Positions 1-15,140 are shown, numbered from the whole stretch's first letter. The stretch: 63,610 nucleotides of DNA, filler included, from Candidatus Woesearchaeota archaeon (GCA_030753365.1; 10 parts of 10 records of this genome joined end to end with filler, not necessarily neighbours in it); one strand, 5' to 3'. Made by a program: numbers and translations. Notes: generated by a model from the sequence alone, not told the origin.

Positions 1-2
1 TA

Positions 3-2807
<2,805 letters not shown>

Positions 2808-2934
2808 ACTTTCCTAATTAAATCTTTATGTATTATATTCTATGTTTAATCCACAACAACCTTTAAATATAACCAGATATTCTCCTTTTCTTAGAGTAAT
2901 CATTCTAATAATAACATGAACGGGGGATTAGAAA

Positions 2935-4850
<1,916 letters not shown>

Positions 4851-4869
4851 ATTCTTTGTTTTCTTTTCT

Positions 4870-5997
4870 TTAATATTCCATCAAAACTCTTTTTATTTCT
4901 TTAATAGTCTTATCCAAAGAAAACCTTCCCTTAATCGTATTCCTTGCTTCTCTTCCCATCTCTTTTCTCACATTATCATCTTTTAACAGAGAGTCCAGCT
5001 TAATGCTTAGCACATAATCATTCTTTATTGGGAAGAAAAGACCATTAACTTTTTCTCTTATATACTTTTTAGGATAACCTATCTTTGTGGTAATAACAGG
5101 AATACTGCATGACATGGCTTCCATAGTTGATAATGAGGAAGTCTCTGTTAAGGAAGGTAGAACATAAACATCCATTGCCTGGAGGTAAGGAACCACATCA
5201 TTCTTTGAGCCTGTAACAATAACTTTTCCATCTTTCTTGAAAATCTTTTTTTGCTCTTTAAGGCCTTCACCAACAATAAGAAGAACTATGTTTGGATAGC
5301 GCCTCTCCAGCCTTTGGAATGCCTTGTACAAAGTCATCAAGTTCTTCTCCCTTCCAATCCTGCCGCAGAAGCCGATTACCTTAGTATGAGCTTTAAGATT
5401 TATCTTAAGCTTTGAAGCTGCTTTATCTTCAGAAGGAATGAACTTGTTTGTATTCACACCAAGATGGAGCACTAACTTCTTTGTTTTTATCTTTGCCTCG
5501 TTTAACCTTTTCCCAACCTCTTTTGAAGGTATAAGCAATAGATTGCATTTATTATAAGAAGAAATGCCTACCGTCTTATACAGAAAGTAAAATAAACTCT
5601 TTTTGAAAATGTTTCTAATAGCTTTTCTAATAAGTTCTCCTTCCAATGAATGAACAGAAGCAATAACTGGCTTATTATACTTCTTTGCATATTTAATTGC
5701 TGCAAGGCCTATAGTGCCTAGTGTATGAGTCCAGACGATATCAGCTTCTCTTATATTCTCTTTTATTTTTCTTATACTAGGAATGCAAGGATATGTATCG
5801 CCTAATCTTATAATTTTTAACAGAGGAAATCGGATTATCTTTATGTTTTTGTATTCAGGAAGGTTGCCTTTAAACCTTGGAGCCAGAATTGTAATATCAT
5901 ATTCCTTGCTTAATGAAGGGATAATATCTGACAAAAACCTTGCAATGCCGTCCCATCTTGGCAGAAAGGAATCCGAAGCGATTAATAATTTCCTCAT
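4870..5997 (-). CDS. Glycosyltransferase family 4 (GT-B)
   Basis: SDSFLPRWDG N-terminus, GRIGREKN, PSLTETSSLSTMEAMSCSIPVI (E-x7-E motif). Confidence 0.9.
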   Translation of the reverse strand: MRKLLIASDSFLPRWDGIARFLSDIIPSLSKEYDITILAPRFKGNLPEYKNIKIIRFPLLKIIRLGDTYPCIPSIRKIKENIREADIVWTHTLGTIGLAAIKYAKKYNKPVIASVHSLEGELIRKAIRNIFKKSLFYFLYKTVGISSYNKCNLLLIPSKEVGKRLNEAKIKTKKLVLHLGVNTNKFIPSEDKAASKLKINLKAHTKVIGFCGRIGREKNLMTLYKAFQRLERRYPNIVLLIVGEGLKEQKKIFKKDGKVIVTGSKNDVVPYLQAMDVYVLPSLTETSSLSTMEAMSCSIPVITTKIGYPKKYIREKVNGLFFPIKNDYVLSIKLDSLLKDDNVRKEMGREARNTIKGRFSLDKTIKEIKRVLMEY

Positions 5998-6466
5998 CTT
6001 ATTTTATAAAACACCTCTGCAAACCTACAATGGTTCTTGATGCCATTGAAAAGATCTTTCCTAAGTACGTTCCATAATAATGAAATCATAGTAATCTTCT
6101 GGCTCTTATGACATTTTAATGCTTTAAGCTTAGTGCCGTAATGTTTGCTTATATCAACAACAAGATTAGGAAACTTGTTCTTGTCCATTTCAATTGGATC
6201 CCATACACAGTAGGAATATACATCGTATTTTATCTTGTTTTTGTCTAATACATGTAATAATGCGTTGGTAACAGCTTTATGGTCAGGGTGAGGATCGCTG
6301 AAGGCGTGAGTAAAGATTTTTTTTGGTTTGAACTTATCTATTATCTCTTTTATCTTATTTTCAATCTTAGTTTTATTCTTATTAACTTCTTCCTCAAGCT
6401 TTGAGTCTTTAAGCCCAAAATAAATAATATCATTGCCTCCAATGACTTTATTAGCTTCCTCGCATT
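5994..6466 (-). CDS. PIG-L/LmbE family deacetylase (5'-truncated by contig end)
   Basis: Reading frame extends beyond the 64-aa ORF to the contig end: IFTHAFSDPHPDHKAV, VDISKHYGTKLKALKCHKSQ, AEVFY. Confidence 0.85.
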
Positions 6467-6566
6467 NNNNNNNNNNNNNNNNNNNNNNNNNNNNNNNNNN
6501 NNNNNNNNNNTTAATTAATTAANNNNNNNNNNNNNNNNNNNNNNNNNNNNNNNNNNNNNNNNNNNN
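6467..6566. other. Artificial contig spacer (same at 14205-14304, 18477-18576, 32422-32521, 41312-41411, 45208-45307, 47579-47678, 59225-59324, 61518-61617)
   Basis: Nine identical 100-nt blocks: N-run, TTAATTAATTAA (stops in all frames), N-run. Confidence 0.99.
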
Positions 6567-8039
6567 TTGGATGTCAGGGATTTGGATAATGATGGAAATC
6601 CAGATTTTAATGATACTGATGATGACAATGATGGCATAAGTGATACAAATGACTTCTTGTCTGGAAATCTAAGCAGCATAAATACAACCCTGACAATAAT
6701 AAATATAACAGTAAATGGAACGACAAACTTGTCCAAGCTTTATAACGGCACATTTTTCATAAACATAACAAACGGGACACACCCAATAGTTGAATTTAAT
6801 TTTACTTTCAATGAAAACAATACATTAGATTTAGGAAGCATTACGTTAAATAGAAGCATAAATGGAACTGGTGCAGTTTCCATCAGAGGCATAGATCTTA
6901 CAGGAATAAATAAAACAAAAACAGTTTTCCTTGAAAAAATTAACACAACAGTTGATGCTGTTTGCATAAAAGATGCTGATACAGGTTTTGACACTATAAG
7001 CTCTGCATGTGACGGGAGCAATGAACTCCTGATTAACTGCAATAATGTATCAAGTAATAGTTATACTTGCTTTGACACAGGAACAAGATACAAAATTACT
7101 GGACTTAACCATTCTGCAGTAAAAGAGCTCTGTGTTGATAATGATGGAGATGGCTATGGAACTGGATGTTCAGCAGGGACAGATAGTTGTGATAACAATC
7201 CTAATGAACATACATCATCTGGATGCGACCCTCCAAACATCAATAATAACGGCGGAAGCAGTTCTAGCAGTGGAGGCGGCGGTGGAGGTGGAGGAGGTGG
7301 CACCGTAACAGCAACTTCTGCAGGAATTGAAAAAACGCATTTCTATACATCCATACCAAAAGGAAAGGAAACAAAAATAAATGTAAACAGGAAAAATATC
7401 GCATTTACTAGAACAGAATTTACTGCAAACAAAGAGCTGAAAAGGGTTACTTTAACTATTAGATCGTTAGATGAAAATAAGACCTCAAATATAATGCTGG
7501 GAAATGTTTACCAATATGTTGAGATTGAGACTGACGGAATAACTGATAATGATATTGGCAATGTAAAGATTGAATTTGATGTCAATAGCTCCTGGATCAT
7601 TAATAACAATCTTGATGCAGACACTGTTATTTTAAACAGATATAATGATGGTTGGAAAGAGCTTAGTACCAAAAAAATTAATGAAAGCAGCAATAAAACA
7701 TCATATGAAGCAATAAGTCCTGGTTTCTCATTATTTGCGATAACTACACTCAAGCCTAAAGAAATAGAGAAAAAAATTATTGAAACTAAAGTTAAAGAAA
7801 CTGCAAAAATTAAAGATAATGCTACAGTTCTAGAGCCTACGGCAGTAGAAGAAGTTAAAGAAAAGGAAAAAGAAAAAACAAGATCCTTCTTCCTTGGTCT
7901 TTTAATGATGATTTTAATTATAGTTGTAGGTGTATTGGTTTACACCCTAATTTTTGACGGATCTAAAATAAAAAAGAATCATGGGAAGCTTATAAAGAAT
8001 ATTAAATTCAAAGGCAGCGAACATAAACATAGAAAGTGA
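6567..8039 (+). CDS. Cell-surface protein with PGF-pre-PGF domain and C-terminal TM anchor (5'-truncated)
   Basis: Acidic DxDNDG Ca-binding-like repeats, many N-x-S/T sequons, Ser/Gly linker, YQYVEI...YEAISPGFSLFAIT, C-terminal hydrophobic helix followed by basic tail. Confidence 0.8.
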   Translation: MDVRDLDNDGNPDFNDTDDDNDGISDTNDFLSGNLSSINTTLTIINITVNGTTNLSKLYNGTFFINITNGTHPIVEFNFTFNENNTLDLGSITLNRSINGTGAVSIRGIDLTGINKTKTVFLEKINTTVDAVCIKDADTGFDTISSACDGSNELLINCNNVSSNSYTCFDTGTRYKITGLNHSAVKELCVDNDGDGYGTGCSAGTDSCDNNPNEHTSSGCDPPNINNNGGSSSSSGGGGGGGGGGTVTATSAGIEKTHFYTSIPKGKETKINVNRKNIAFTRTEFTANKELKRVTLTIRSLDENKTSNIMLGNVYQYVEIETDGITDNDIGNVKIEFDVNSSWIINNNLDADTVILNRYNDGWKELSTKKINESSNKTSYEAISPGFSLFAITTLKPKEIEKKIIETKVKETAKIKDNATVLEPTAVEEVKEKEKEKTRSFFLGLLMMILIIVVGVLVYTLIFDGSKIKKNHGKLIKNIKFKGSEHKHRK

Positions 8040-8188
8040 TAAGGAATGTGGGTGGAAATAGCGAAAAATAGCTTACTGCCCGCATATCTAATATTAGTTT
8101 CTACAATTGATAATTTAACACAAATATACCCCTTTTTAGTGAATACAGAACAAAATATTTATAAATGGTACGAGCCTAGCTAATATTC

Positions 8189-9412
8189 ATGAAGCTCTCT
8201 AAGGCTGTCAAAGGTTTTACTACGGGGATAGTAGGTGTAGCTGTTGTAGTGGGAGGAATATCAATCGGTTCGATGTTTAATCCCGAAAAATCAACATTAG
8301 AAACAATGCAACAGATTGCAGGTATAAACCGGTTTGTTAATCCATATCCTTACGCGTCATCAACTTTTTCAGAATTTAAAGCTCCTGAAATAACCCTAGA
8401 AGAATTAGATGATTACTACCAAATGCTTGAAGAAAAAATAGACTTTTATGACAATCAACTAAAAGCTCAAGGATTGACACCTTCTTTATACATAAATGAA
8501 AGAAAATATCAAGAAAGGCTTTTTTCAAAATTAGATTTAAACCAGAATTCTTTGATATTTAATAATGAAGGGTTTGAAGTCACAATGACCGAATATACAG
8601 AAGAGTTGAATAACGAAAGGAAAAGCCTTGAGGACGTTACAGACCCAGAAGAAAGAGATTTTAAACTTGGTTTAATTGAAATTCTTGAAGAACAAATTGA
8701 CCATTACAATGGCTTGTTGGGGACATTGAGAAATAACGGCATTAATCCGGATTATGTAAAAAGAGTTTCTATAACGCAAGAACAAGTAGATGAACAACAA
8801 ATTGAGATTATGGGAATATTATCTTCTCTTTATTCCTTACCTGGCCAAACTCCAATAGTAGGTTTGTCAGCGCTTGATAATAGAGTCGAGTCTAATGGAG
8901 GTGTTGTATTCAAATTAGGAACAACACAGACTGCTGAATTGTATAATGGCGGAAAGCGGGAAATAGAAGTGTACGATTTTAGCACCCCTACAGGCGCATA
9001 TCTGCCTTTAGCCCATGGATTATCCCATTGGCTGCAGCATACATCAAATGAAAGGGATGGAATGAATATAGAATTTAATGAGACCAATGCTCAACTTTTT
9101 TCATACAATATTGCATCTATTGCTGCTGAAAGGGGCAATATAATTGAGGGTTTTGCTCTTGCACGAGCTCTACAAAACAATATTTACTATCTGATGTCAT
9201 ATGTTTATGCAGAGCAAGGCGGTGGATGGCCTTTAGATGATAAAGAGCCTACACATTATGCCTCGCCTTCAGCTCCAGATTATCAAAATATGCTAAAATA
9301 TTCGATTTTGCCTGCACAGGTCATTATTTCTGCCCAGAAAAGCGGTAATCCGATCTGGCAAACATCGGTGGGCAATTTAGATTTACAACCGGTTTTAGAT
9401 TTTATTAATTAA
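8189..9412 (+). CDS. Hypothetical secreted/membrane-anchored protein with degenerate zincin-like motif
   Basis: 407-aa ORF, N-terminal hydrophobic segment, LAHGLSHWLQH followed by downstream E...A; TTTATAAA box upstream. Confidence 0.6.
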   Translation: MKLSKAVKGFTTGIVGVAVVVGGISIGSMFNPEKSTLETMQQIAGINRFVNPYPYASSTFSEFKAPEITLEELDDYYQMLEEKIDFYDNQLKAQGLTPSLYINERKYQERLFSKLDLNQNSLIFNNEGFEVTMTEYTEELNNERKSLEDVTDPEERDFKLGLIEILEEQIDHYNGLLGTLRNNGINPDYVKRVSITQEQVDEQQIEIMGILSSLYSLPGQTPIVGLSALDNRVESNGGVVFKLGTTQTAELYNGGKREIEVYDFSTPTGAYLPLAHGLSHWLQHTSNERDGMNIEFNETNAQLFSYNIASIAAERGNIIEGFALARALQNNIYYLMSYVYAEQGGGWPLDDKEPTHYASPSAPDYQNMLKYSILPAQVIISAQKSGNPIWQTSVGNLDLQPVLDFIN

Positions 9413-9417
9413 TAATC

Positions 9418-9831
9418 TCAAGCAACCTTGACTTCTGTAACATCAAAATACCTCTTAACAATGCCCTTGATTGAATTTATATTATGTCTATCCCGACCTA
9501 TTAACAAACCTTTTGTTTTTACATCAGCACAATAAATATTAATCATCCCTTCCTCTTCTTTTATCTCTTTAGCCTTAAGCGGATAAATTAAATTCTGAAC
9601 AAACTGCAAAACATCGTTGTTAAATTCTATTAGCCTTATCTTTTTCTTCAGGGTATTTTCAACCCTTTTTATGTTTGAGCCTTGTTTGCCTATGGCCTTT
9701 CCCATCTCATTCTCATGCACAATAAATATAATGTTATCATTAACAATACAATCCTTTACCTTTGCCCCTGTTAACGATTCAAAAAGAGATATATACTTAA
9801 TCACATCTAGATTATATTTTATCCTTGCCAC
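9418..9831 (-). CDS. nusA: Archaeal NusA (KH-domain transcription factor)
   Basis: GKAIGKQGSNIK and KGLLIGRD KH motifs; canonical rpoA2-L30e-nusA order. Confidence 0.93.
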   Translation of the reverse strand: MARIKYNLDVIKYISLFESLTGAKVKDCIVNDNIIFIVHENEMGKAIGKQGSNIKRVENTLKKKIRLIEFNNDVLQFVQNLIYPLKAKEIKEEEGMINIYCADVKTKGLLIGRDRHNINSIKGIVKRYFDVTEVKVA

Positions 9832-9835
9832 TTAA

Positions 9836-10129
9836 CTAACCACCTTTCAATATAGACAGAACAGAAATAGAAAAAGGTTTTTTGCATATCACACCCAATT
9901 CTTCATTAGGATAATTTACTTTTACAGTTTCAGCTTTGCTCAAACCAGCATAATAGCTTAAATCATCAAGAACGCGTTCAGAACAATTTGAGCTTATAAT
10001 TACTTTCTCCACCTTGCCCAATTTAAGATTTTTAATAGTCCTTTCTGTGCCGACAACAAAATTTTTCGCTTTAATGATCTTCTTTATTTCAGTTGATGTA
10101 AGTGATTTTTTACGTGGCATTTTTATCAA
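9836..10129 (-). CDS. rpl30e: 50S ribosomal protein L30e
   Basis: VVGTERTIKNLKLG, ELGVICKKPFSISVLSI; synteny. Confidence 0.92.
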   Translation of the reverse strand: MIKMPRKKSLTSTEIKKIIKAKNFVVGTERTIKNLKLGKVEKVIISSNCSERVLDDLSYYAGLSKAETVKVNYPNEELGVICKKPFSISVLSILKGG

Positions 10130-10159
10130 TTATAATTATTTTCATTATTCATTGTGTTT

Positions 10160-11308
10160 TTATTTTTTTGGTTTCATGATCAGATCAGGAACTCCTGTTC
10201 CGATAGGCACAGCCTGGTTTAGCATGACATTTTCAACAACAGAGTTAAGATTGTCAACTTCTCCAATAAGAGCAGCGTTTATTATATGTTTTATTGGCGT
10301 TTCAAAGCTGGCTCGCGCCAAAGCAGACGCTTTCTCGCTTACAACGCCATACCTTGTGATTCCCTTCAGGATTCCGGAAACACACATCGTATCTGCTACT
10401 AACATTATATGCCTTATGTCTACATTAAAGCCCTGATTTTCTATCACTTTGTAAACCTCATCAATTATTGCCTGTCTTGCTGCCTCTATGCCAAAAACTT
10501 CCTGAATCTCAAAGATATTGTTGGTTGTTGTTCTGAATGCATCAACCCCTTCAAGCTGCAAAACTTCTGAAAGATTTGAGCCGGATGTCATGATTATATA
10601 TTCGTCATCTCTCTTTACCGGCAGTACCTGGTTAATATCTTTTATCCCCTTGATATGTATACCCTTTATTTTTTCCTTTGCTTTGTATATATCATTAAGG
10701 CTTTCTTCTTTGCTGCGACTTTTTAACAAAATAGAATCTTTGTTATCCTTTACATTAAATCCCTTCAGCTGCTTGGTAATGCTGCTAATCACCTGGGAAT
10801 TTGTTAAGTCAAGGCTTTTCATTCTTTCTTTATCCAGCTTTACATCAATTTCTGAGTCAACAAGGCTTATAGAAAATTCCAGAGCTATATCGCTTAATTT
10901 TGTCTCTTTGAGAGAAAGTGCAAATTTCTTTATGTCTTTGCCCTTTGAATATGACTGCTTAAGATGAATTTCCATTGCCGGCGTTTGTAGATTTTTTCTT
11001 CCGTCAAGGATCTCTATAATTCTTGGGAGCCCCAATGTAACGTTCATCTCCGCTACCCCGGCAAAATGGAACGTGTTTAACGTCATTTGGGTTCCTGGCT
11101 CGCCTATGGATTCTGCCGAGAGAATGCCGACTGATTCTCCTGGCTGTATCTTGGCATTCTGGTATTCTGTTACTGTGTTATCAAGTATTTTTCTCAGCTT
11201 TGTCTGATTTATGGCTCCCTTCTTTTCAATATACTCCTGTATATCTGTAAGTATCTTCTTAGGAAGTTTATCTGCATATTCATCCATAAGTTTTTCCATT
11301 TTAACCAA
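10160..11308 (-). CDS. rpoA2: RNA polymerase subunit A''
   Basis: AESIGEPGTQMTLNTFHFAGV, LGLPRIIEI, VDIRHIMLVAD, LARASFE. Confidence 0.97.
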   Translation of the reverse strand: MVKMEKLMDEYADKLPKKILTDIQEYIEKKGAINQTKLRKILDNTVTEYQNAKIQPGESVGILSAESIGEPGTQMTLNTFHFAGVAEMNVTLGLPRIIEILDGRKNLQTPAMEIHLKQSYSKGKDIKKFALSLKETKLSDIALEFSISLVDSEIDVKLDKERMKSLDLTNSQVISSITKQLKGFNVKDNKDSILLKSRSKEESLNDIYKAKEKIKGIHIKGIKDINQVLPVKRDDEYIIMTSGSNLSEVLQLEGVDAFRTTTNNIFEIQEVFGIEAARQAIIDEVYKVIENQGFNVDIRHIMLVADTMCVSGILKGITRYGVVSEKASALARASFETPIKHIINAALIGEVDNLNSVVENVMLNQAVPIGTGVPDLIMKPKK

Positions 11309-14201
11309 CTGATTTGACTATTCTTTTAACATTTATAAAACCTTTTTCAGATTTTGAAACGTCTATGCCGTCTTCGCCATAATCAAATTGTATTATCTTA
11401 TTTGAAGCGTCTCTCACAGTACCATCATATTCAATCTTTAAATCCTGCATAGCGTTTGCAAGTCTTCTGTACAGATATCCTGATTTAGGTGTCCTTAAGG
11501 CAGTATCCATTAAACTATCTCTGCCTGTCATTGCGCCAAAAAAGAATTCTGTTGGTGTCAGACCTGTCTTAAACTTTTCACTTATAAAACCGCGGGCTTC
11601 TGAACTCAGGTCGTTTTTCTTAAATGCTGATAAGGTCCTGCTTTCAAATCCTTTCTCTATTCTCTTGCCCCTCATAGCCTGCTGTCCGACACAAGCTGCC
11701 ATTTGTGCTAAATTTAACAAGTTTCCCCTTGCCCCAGATTGCGCCATTATCATCGTATGGGAATTCTTGTCGGCAAAATTTGCAACAATCTCTCCAGTGT
11801 CGTTTCTTGCCTTGTTCAAAACTTCCAGAATTCTTAATTCAAGGGTTTCTTCTAAATTTTTTCCTGGAAATGTTTCCAGCTTATTGTCTTTATACCTCTC
11901 TATTAAGTTACCAACCTCTTTTTTAGCATTGTTAAGAGTTTCCATCACTTTTAATCCTGCATTTTCCGGAAGGTCTGTATCTGAGACAGCGCATGTAAAG
12001 CCATTCCTCAACAAAACTTCTATTCCCAGCCTGAAAATTTTTCCCAGGATATCGATAGTAAAATGCTTCCCGTATTTCTTGTGTATATTTCTTAAAAGCA
12101 GGCCAGAGCCTTCCCCTAAGTTGCTCCTGTCCATGTACCCTTCCACGAGTTTTCCGTTTTTTATTGCAACTTCCTCATCTTGTTTTGTTTTTCCGGTAAA
12201 GTTAAAATCCTCTGGTATCAAAACAGAAAATACTTCTTTTCCGTCTATTTTTTCTTTTCTTGGCAATTTTGAGAATTCATCTATCCCTATGGACGCCAAA
12301 AGGTCTATTGCGTCATTCCTGTTTAAAATCATATCTTTTGTAAGCAGATAGTTTCCTGAGATTGCATCTTGGACACAGCCAATTATGCTTAAGCCGTATC
12401 TCAAAGAAATAAGCTGTGTCTGCACTTCCATCAATATTTCTGCTTCTGCTCTTGCTTCCTCTGTCTGAGGAATGTGCAGGTTCATCTCATCACCATCAAA
12501 ATCAGCATTGTATGGGTGGCACACAGCAGGATTTAACCTCAATGTTTTTCCGGGTAATACCCTAATCCTATGGCACATCATTGACATTCTATGCAAGCTG
12601 GGCTGCCTGTTGAAAACCGCTAAATCTCCATCCATAAGATGCCTCTCAACAGTATAGCCTGGCTGTATCTCTTCTAAAGATGCCTCTTTAGTTTCATCAG
12701 TAATCTTCTTCTTTTTCCCATCAGGCCTGATTATATAATTTGCACCAGGGTATTTTTTAGGGCCTTTTTCTATAAATTTCTTTAAATATTCTATATTCCA
12801 TGTGTTAACCTTTTCAGGCACTGTAAGCTTTGTAGCTATTACATCAGGCACTCCAACTTCATTAAGCTCAAGCATAGGATCCGGGCTTATGACAGTTCTT
12901 GCGCAGAAATTTGTCCTCTTACCAGCCAGATTATGCCTTATCCTGCCTTCCTTGCTTTTTATTCTCTCTGTTAATGTTTTTAATGGCTGGCCGGACCTGT
13001 GTCTTGCCGGAGGTAATTGGGCAATGGCGTTATCAAAATATGTTGTCACATGGTATTGCAATAAATCCCATAAATCCTCAACTATAATTTCCGGAGCTCC
13101 TGCATTTATATTTTCAAATAATCTTTGGTTTATCCTGACTATATCGCCAAGTTTATGTGTTAAATCATCTTCGCTTCTTTCACCGCTCTCTAAGGTTATG
13201 CTGGGCCTCATAGTTACTGGAGGTATTGGCAATAGCGTCAAAACCGTCCACTCAGGCCTGATATAGGGCGTCACTAATCCAAAGAGAAATGTATCTTCAT
13301 CAGGTATTTTCTCAAGTCTTGCCCTTATTTCTATGGGGCTTACCCTTTTATCATCCTCAATGAAAGTAGTTGGTTTGTCAAGAGTAATTTTTTTCTGGCG
13401 TGCTTTGCAGTGAGGGCATTTATTAATTGTCTTTAAACTTGCTATTATCTCTTTTATCTTATCTCTTCTTCCCTCTAATCCCTTCTCTTTTTCCACTGCA
13501 TCCAGGATTTCATTATATTTGCTTATCTTATTTTTAGGTATCAAAATTCTGCCGCAGTCCCTGCAGGTTGATTTTAGAAGGCTCAGGATTATGGCTACAA
13601 ATTTAACATGTATAATTGGCCTTGCAAATTCTATATATCCAAAATGCCCAATACACTCTTTTAATTTCGAGCCGCAGGTCTTGCACCTTAACCCGGGATC
13701 AATAACTCCCAGTCTTATATCCATTAAGCCGCCATCTACCGGATAGCCTTCTTTATCATAAAGCTCAGGGGTCACAATTTTTGCAGAGGCCATATCTTTG
13801 ATAACCTTTGAGCTTAAGACAGAAAAAACAATGCTTTTTACTCTCTTATAGACATGGGTTTCCTGTTCTATCCTTTCCCAGTTCTTTTCTTTTGTTTTTC
13901 CTTCTGCCTTTGCATCTTCTGCCTTTTCTTCTGTTTTCTCTTCTGTAGTTTTTTCTTCTGTAGTTGCCTCTTCTTTATTCTCTTCTGCTTTGGTTTCTGC
14001 TTCTTTAATCTCTTCCTTAGCTTTTTCTTCTGTTTTTTCTTCTACTTTAGTTTCTACTTTTCCAACGGAGTTGGTGCCGGAAATCTTTGATTTCCCAGCA
14101 TCCTCTGCTTCTTTGCCTGTTTTCTCTTTAGTTTTTACAGGTTCCTTAGCTTCAGTTTTTTCTTCTTTTGTTTCCTTAACTTTTTCTTTCTTTTCTGCCA
14201 T
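11301..14201 (-). CDS. rpoA1: RNA polymerase subunit A' with ~110-aa E/K-rich N-terminal extension
   Basis: Catalytic YNADFDGDEMNLH, NRQPSLH, Zn-binding CKTC...CIGHFG, TPKSGYLYRRL. Confidence 0.98.
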   Translation of the reverse strand: MAEKKEKVKETKEEKTEAKEPVKTKEKTGKEAEDAGKSKISGTNSVGKVETKVEEKTEEKAKEEIKEAETKAEENKEEATTEEKTTEEKTEEKAEDAKAEGKTKEKNWERIEQETHVYKRVKSIVFSVLSSKVIKDMASAKIVTPELYDKEGYPVDGGLMDIRLGVIDPGLRCKTCGSKLKECIGHFGYIEFARPIIHVKFVAIILSLLKSTCRDCGRILIPKNKISKYNEILDAVEKEKGLEGRRDKIKEIIASLKTINKCPHCKARQKKITLDKPTTFIEDDKRVSPIEIRARLEKIPDEDTFLFGLVTPYIRPEWTVLTLLPIPPVTMRPSITLESGERSEDDLTHKLGDIVRINQRLFENINAGAPEIIVEDLWDLLQYHVTTYFDNAIAQLPPARHRSGQPLKTLTERIKSKEGRIRHNLAGKRTNFCARTVISPDPMLELNEVGVPDVIATKLTVPEKVNTWNIEYLKKFIEKGPKKYPGANYIIRPDGKKKKITDETKEASLEEIQPGYTVERHLMDGDLAVFNRQPSLHRMSMMCHRIRVLPGKTLRLNPAVCHPYNADFDGDEMNLHIPQTEEARAEAEILMEVQTQLISLRYGLSIIGCVQDAISGNYLLTKDMILNRNDAIDLLASIGIDEFSKLPRKEKIDGKEVFSVLIPEDFNFTGKTKQDEEVAIKNGKLVEGYMDRSNLGEGSGLLLRNIHKKYGKHFTIDILGKIFRLGIEVLLRNGFTCAVSDTDLPENAGLKVMETLNNAKKEVGNLIERYKDNKLETFPGKNLEETLELRILEVLNKARNDTGEIVANFADKNSHTMIMAQSGARGNLLNLAQMAACVGQQAMRGKRIEKGFESRTLSAFKKNDLSSEARGFISEKFKTGLTPTEFFFGAMTGRDSLMDTALRTPKSGYLYRRLANAMQDLKIEYDGTVRDASNKIIQFDYGEDGIDVSKSEKGFINVKRIVKSVG

Positions 14202-14304
14202 TTTNNNNNNNNNNNNNNNNNNNNNNNNNNNNNNNNNNNNNNNNNNNNTTAATTAATTAANNNNNNNNNNNNNNNNNNNNNNNNNNNNNNNNNNNNNNNN
14301 NNNN

Positions 14305-15064
14305 TAAATAAAGTCTCTCCGATTATAGATGAACCTATCTTTATTATTATACAATTCCTAACAATCTCTTTTTGTATATATACTTTTCCATAAGTGCGGT
14401 TAATAGAATCTATAAAATGACTTATCGATTCTTCTTCACTGGTTGAATATTTTGTTCTAATTACTCCTCTTGCTTTCTTATCGACATAAATACATCCATC
14501 AGATACTATTGCTCCTAATAAAGAAGCACCGCATTTAGAGTTTAAATCAATTGGAAACTTAGGATTTTCTATAGATATTTGAGGTCCTTTCTTAGTATAT
14601 TCTATTTTATTGTTAATATTTAAATAGGAAATATTAAGGTAATCCAGTAATCTTCTAAGTTTCTTAACAGAAACCATCTTAATTCTATTTTTTGTAAGAT
14701 TGTAGAAAGTTGGAGAACTCATATCTAAATATTTACATAGCTTATTAAGGTTTCCAGCATTTTTAATAGCTTTATTTAAGAATTCATTAAGTAAATTATC
14801 CTTCAATTTCAACAAAAAACTGTCTTTAAGTTGGAACCAATGAGTTTGCCAAGGTGGAATAAATAAATCTTGTTCTACCCAATACTGAAAGATAACCTGA
14901 TCATTTTTTAAAATTAGAATATTGCTATTATCCTTTTTTTCTATGATTATATCATTAATCCTGAATAAAGAAAAAAGATTAAATTTAACAAAATAAGTTT
15001 TATCTTTTTTGATCAATATATCTTTGTCTTTTAAGTGAGCTAACAATTCAAATTTATTTTTCAT
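14305..15064 (-). CDS. Free-standing HTH + LAGLIDADG-type endonuclease-like protein (3'-truncated)
   Basis: HTH-like GNLNKLCKYLDMSSPTFYN, LAGLIDADG-like SLLGAIVSDGCI; very AT-rich; no intein Cys1 block. Confidence 0.65.
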
Positions 15065-15140
15065 CTTACTTAAATATATTTATGGATGAAATATATAAAT
15101 TTTGTTATTGGTCCACATAGATATATTAAGAAAATTAAGC

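Noticed and set aside
8045..8088. Hairpin ATGTGGGTGG...CTGCCCGCAT with internal GAAA as a possible archaeal SECIS
   Set aside because: Lacks the GC-rich apical pairs of the SECIS consensus; the upstream TGA is followed at once by TAA, and no selenoprotein candidate is nearby. Probably a plain 3' hairpin
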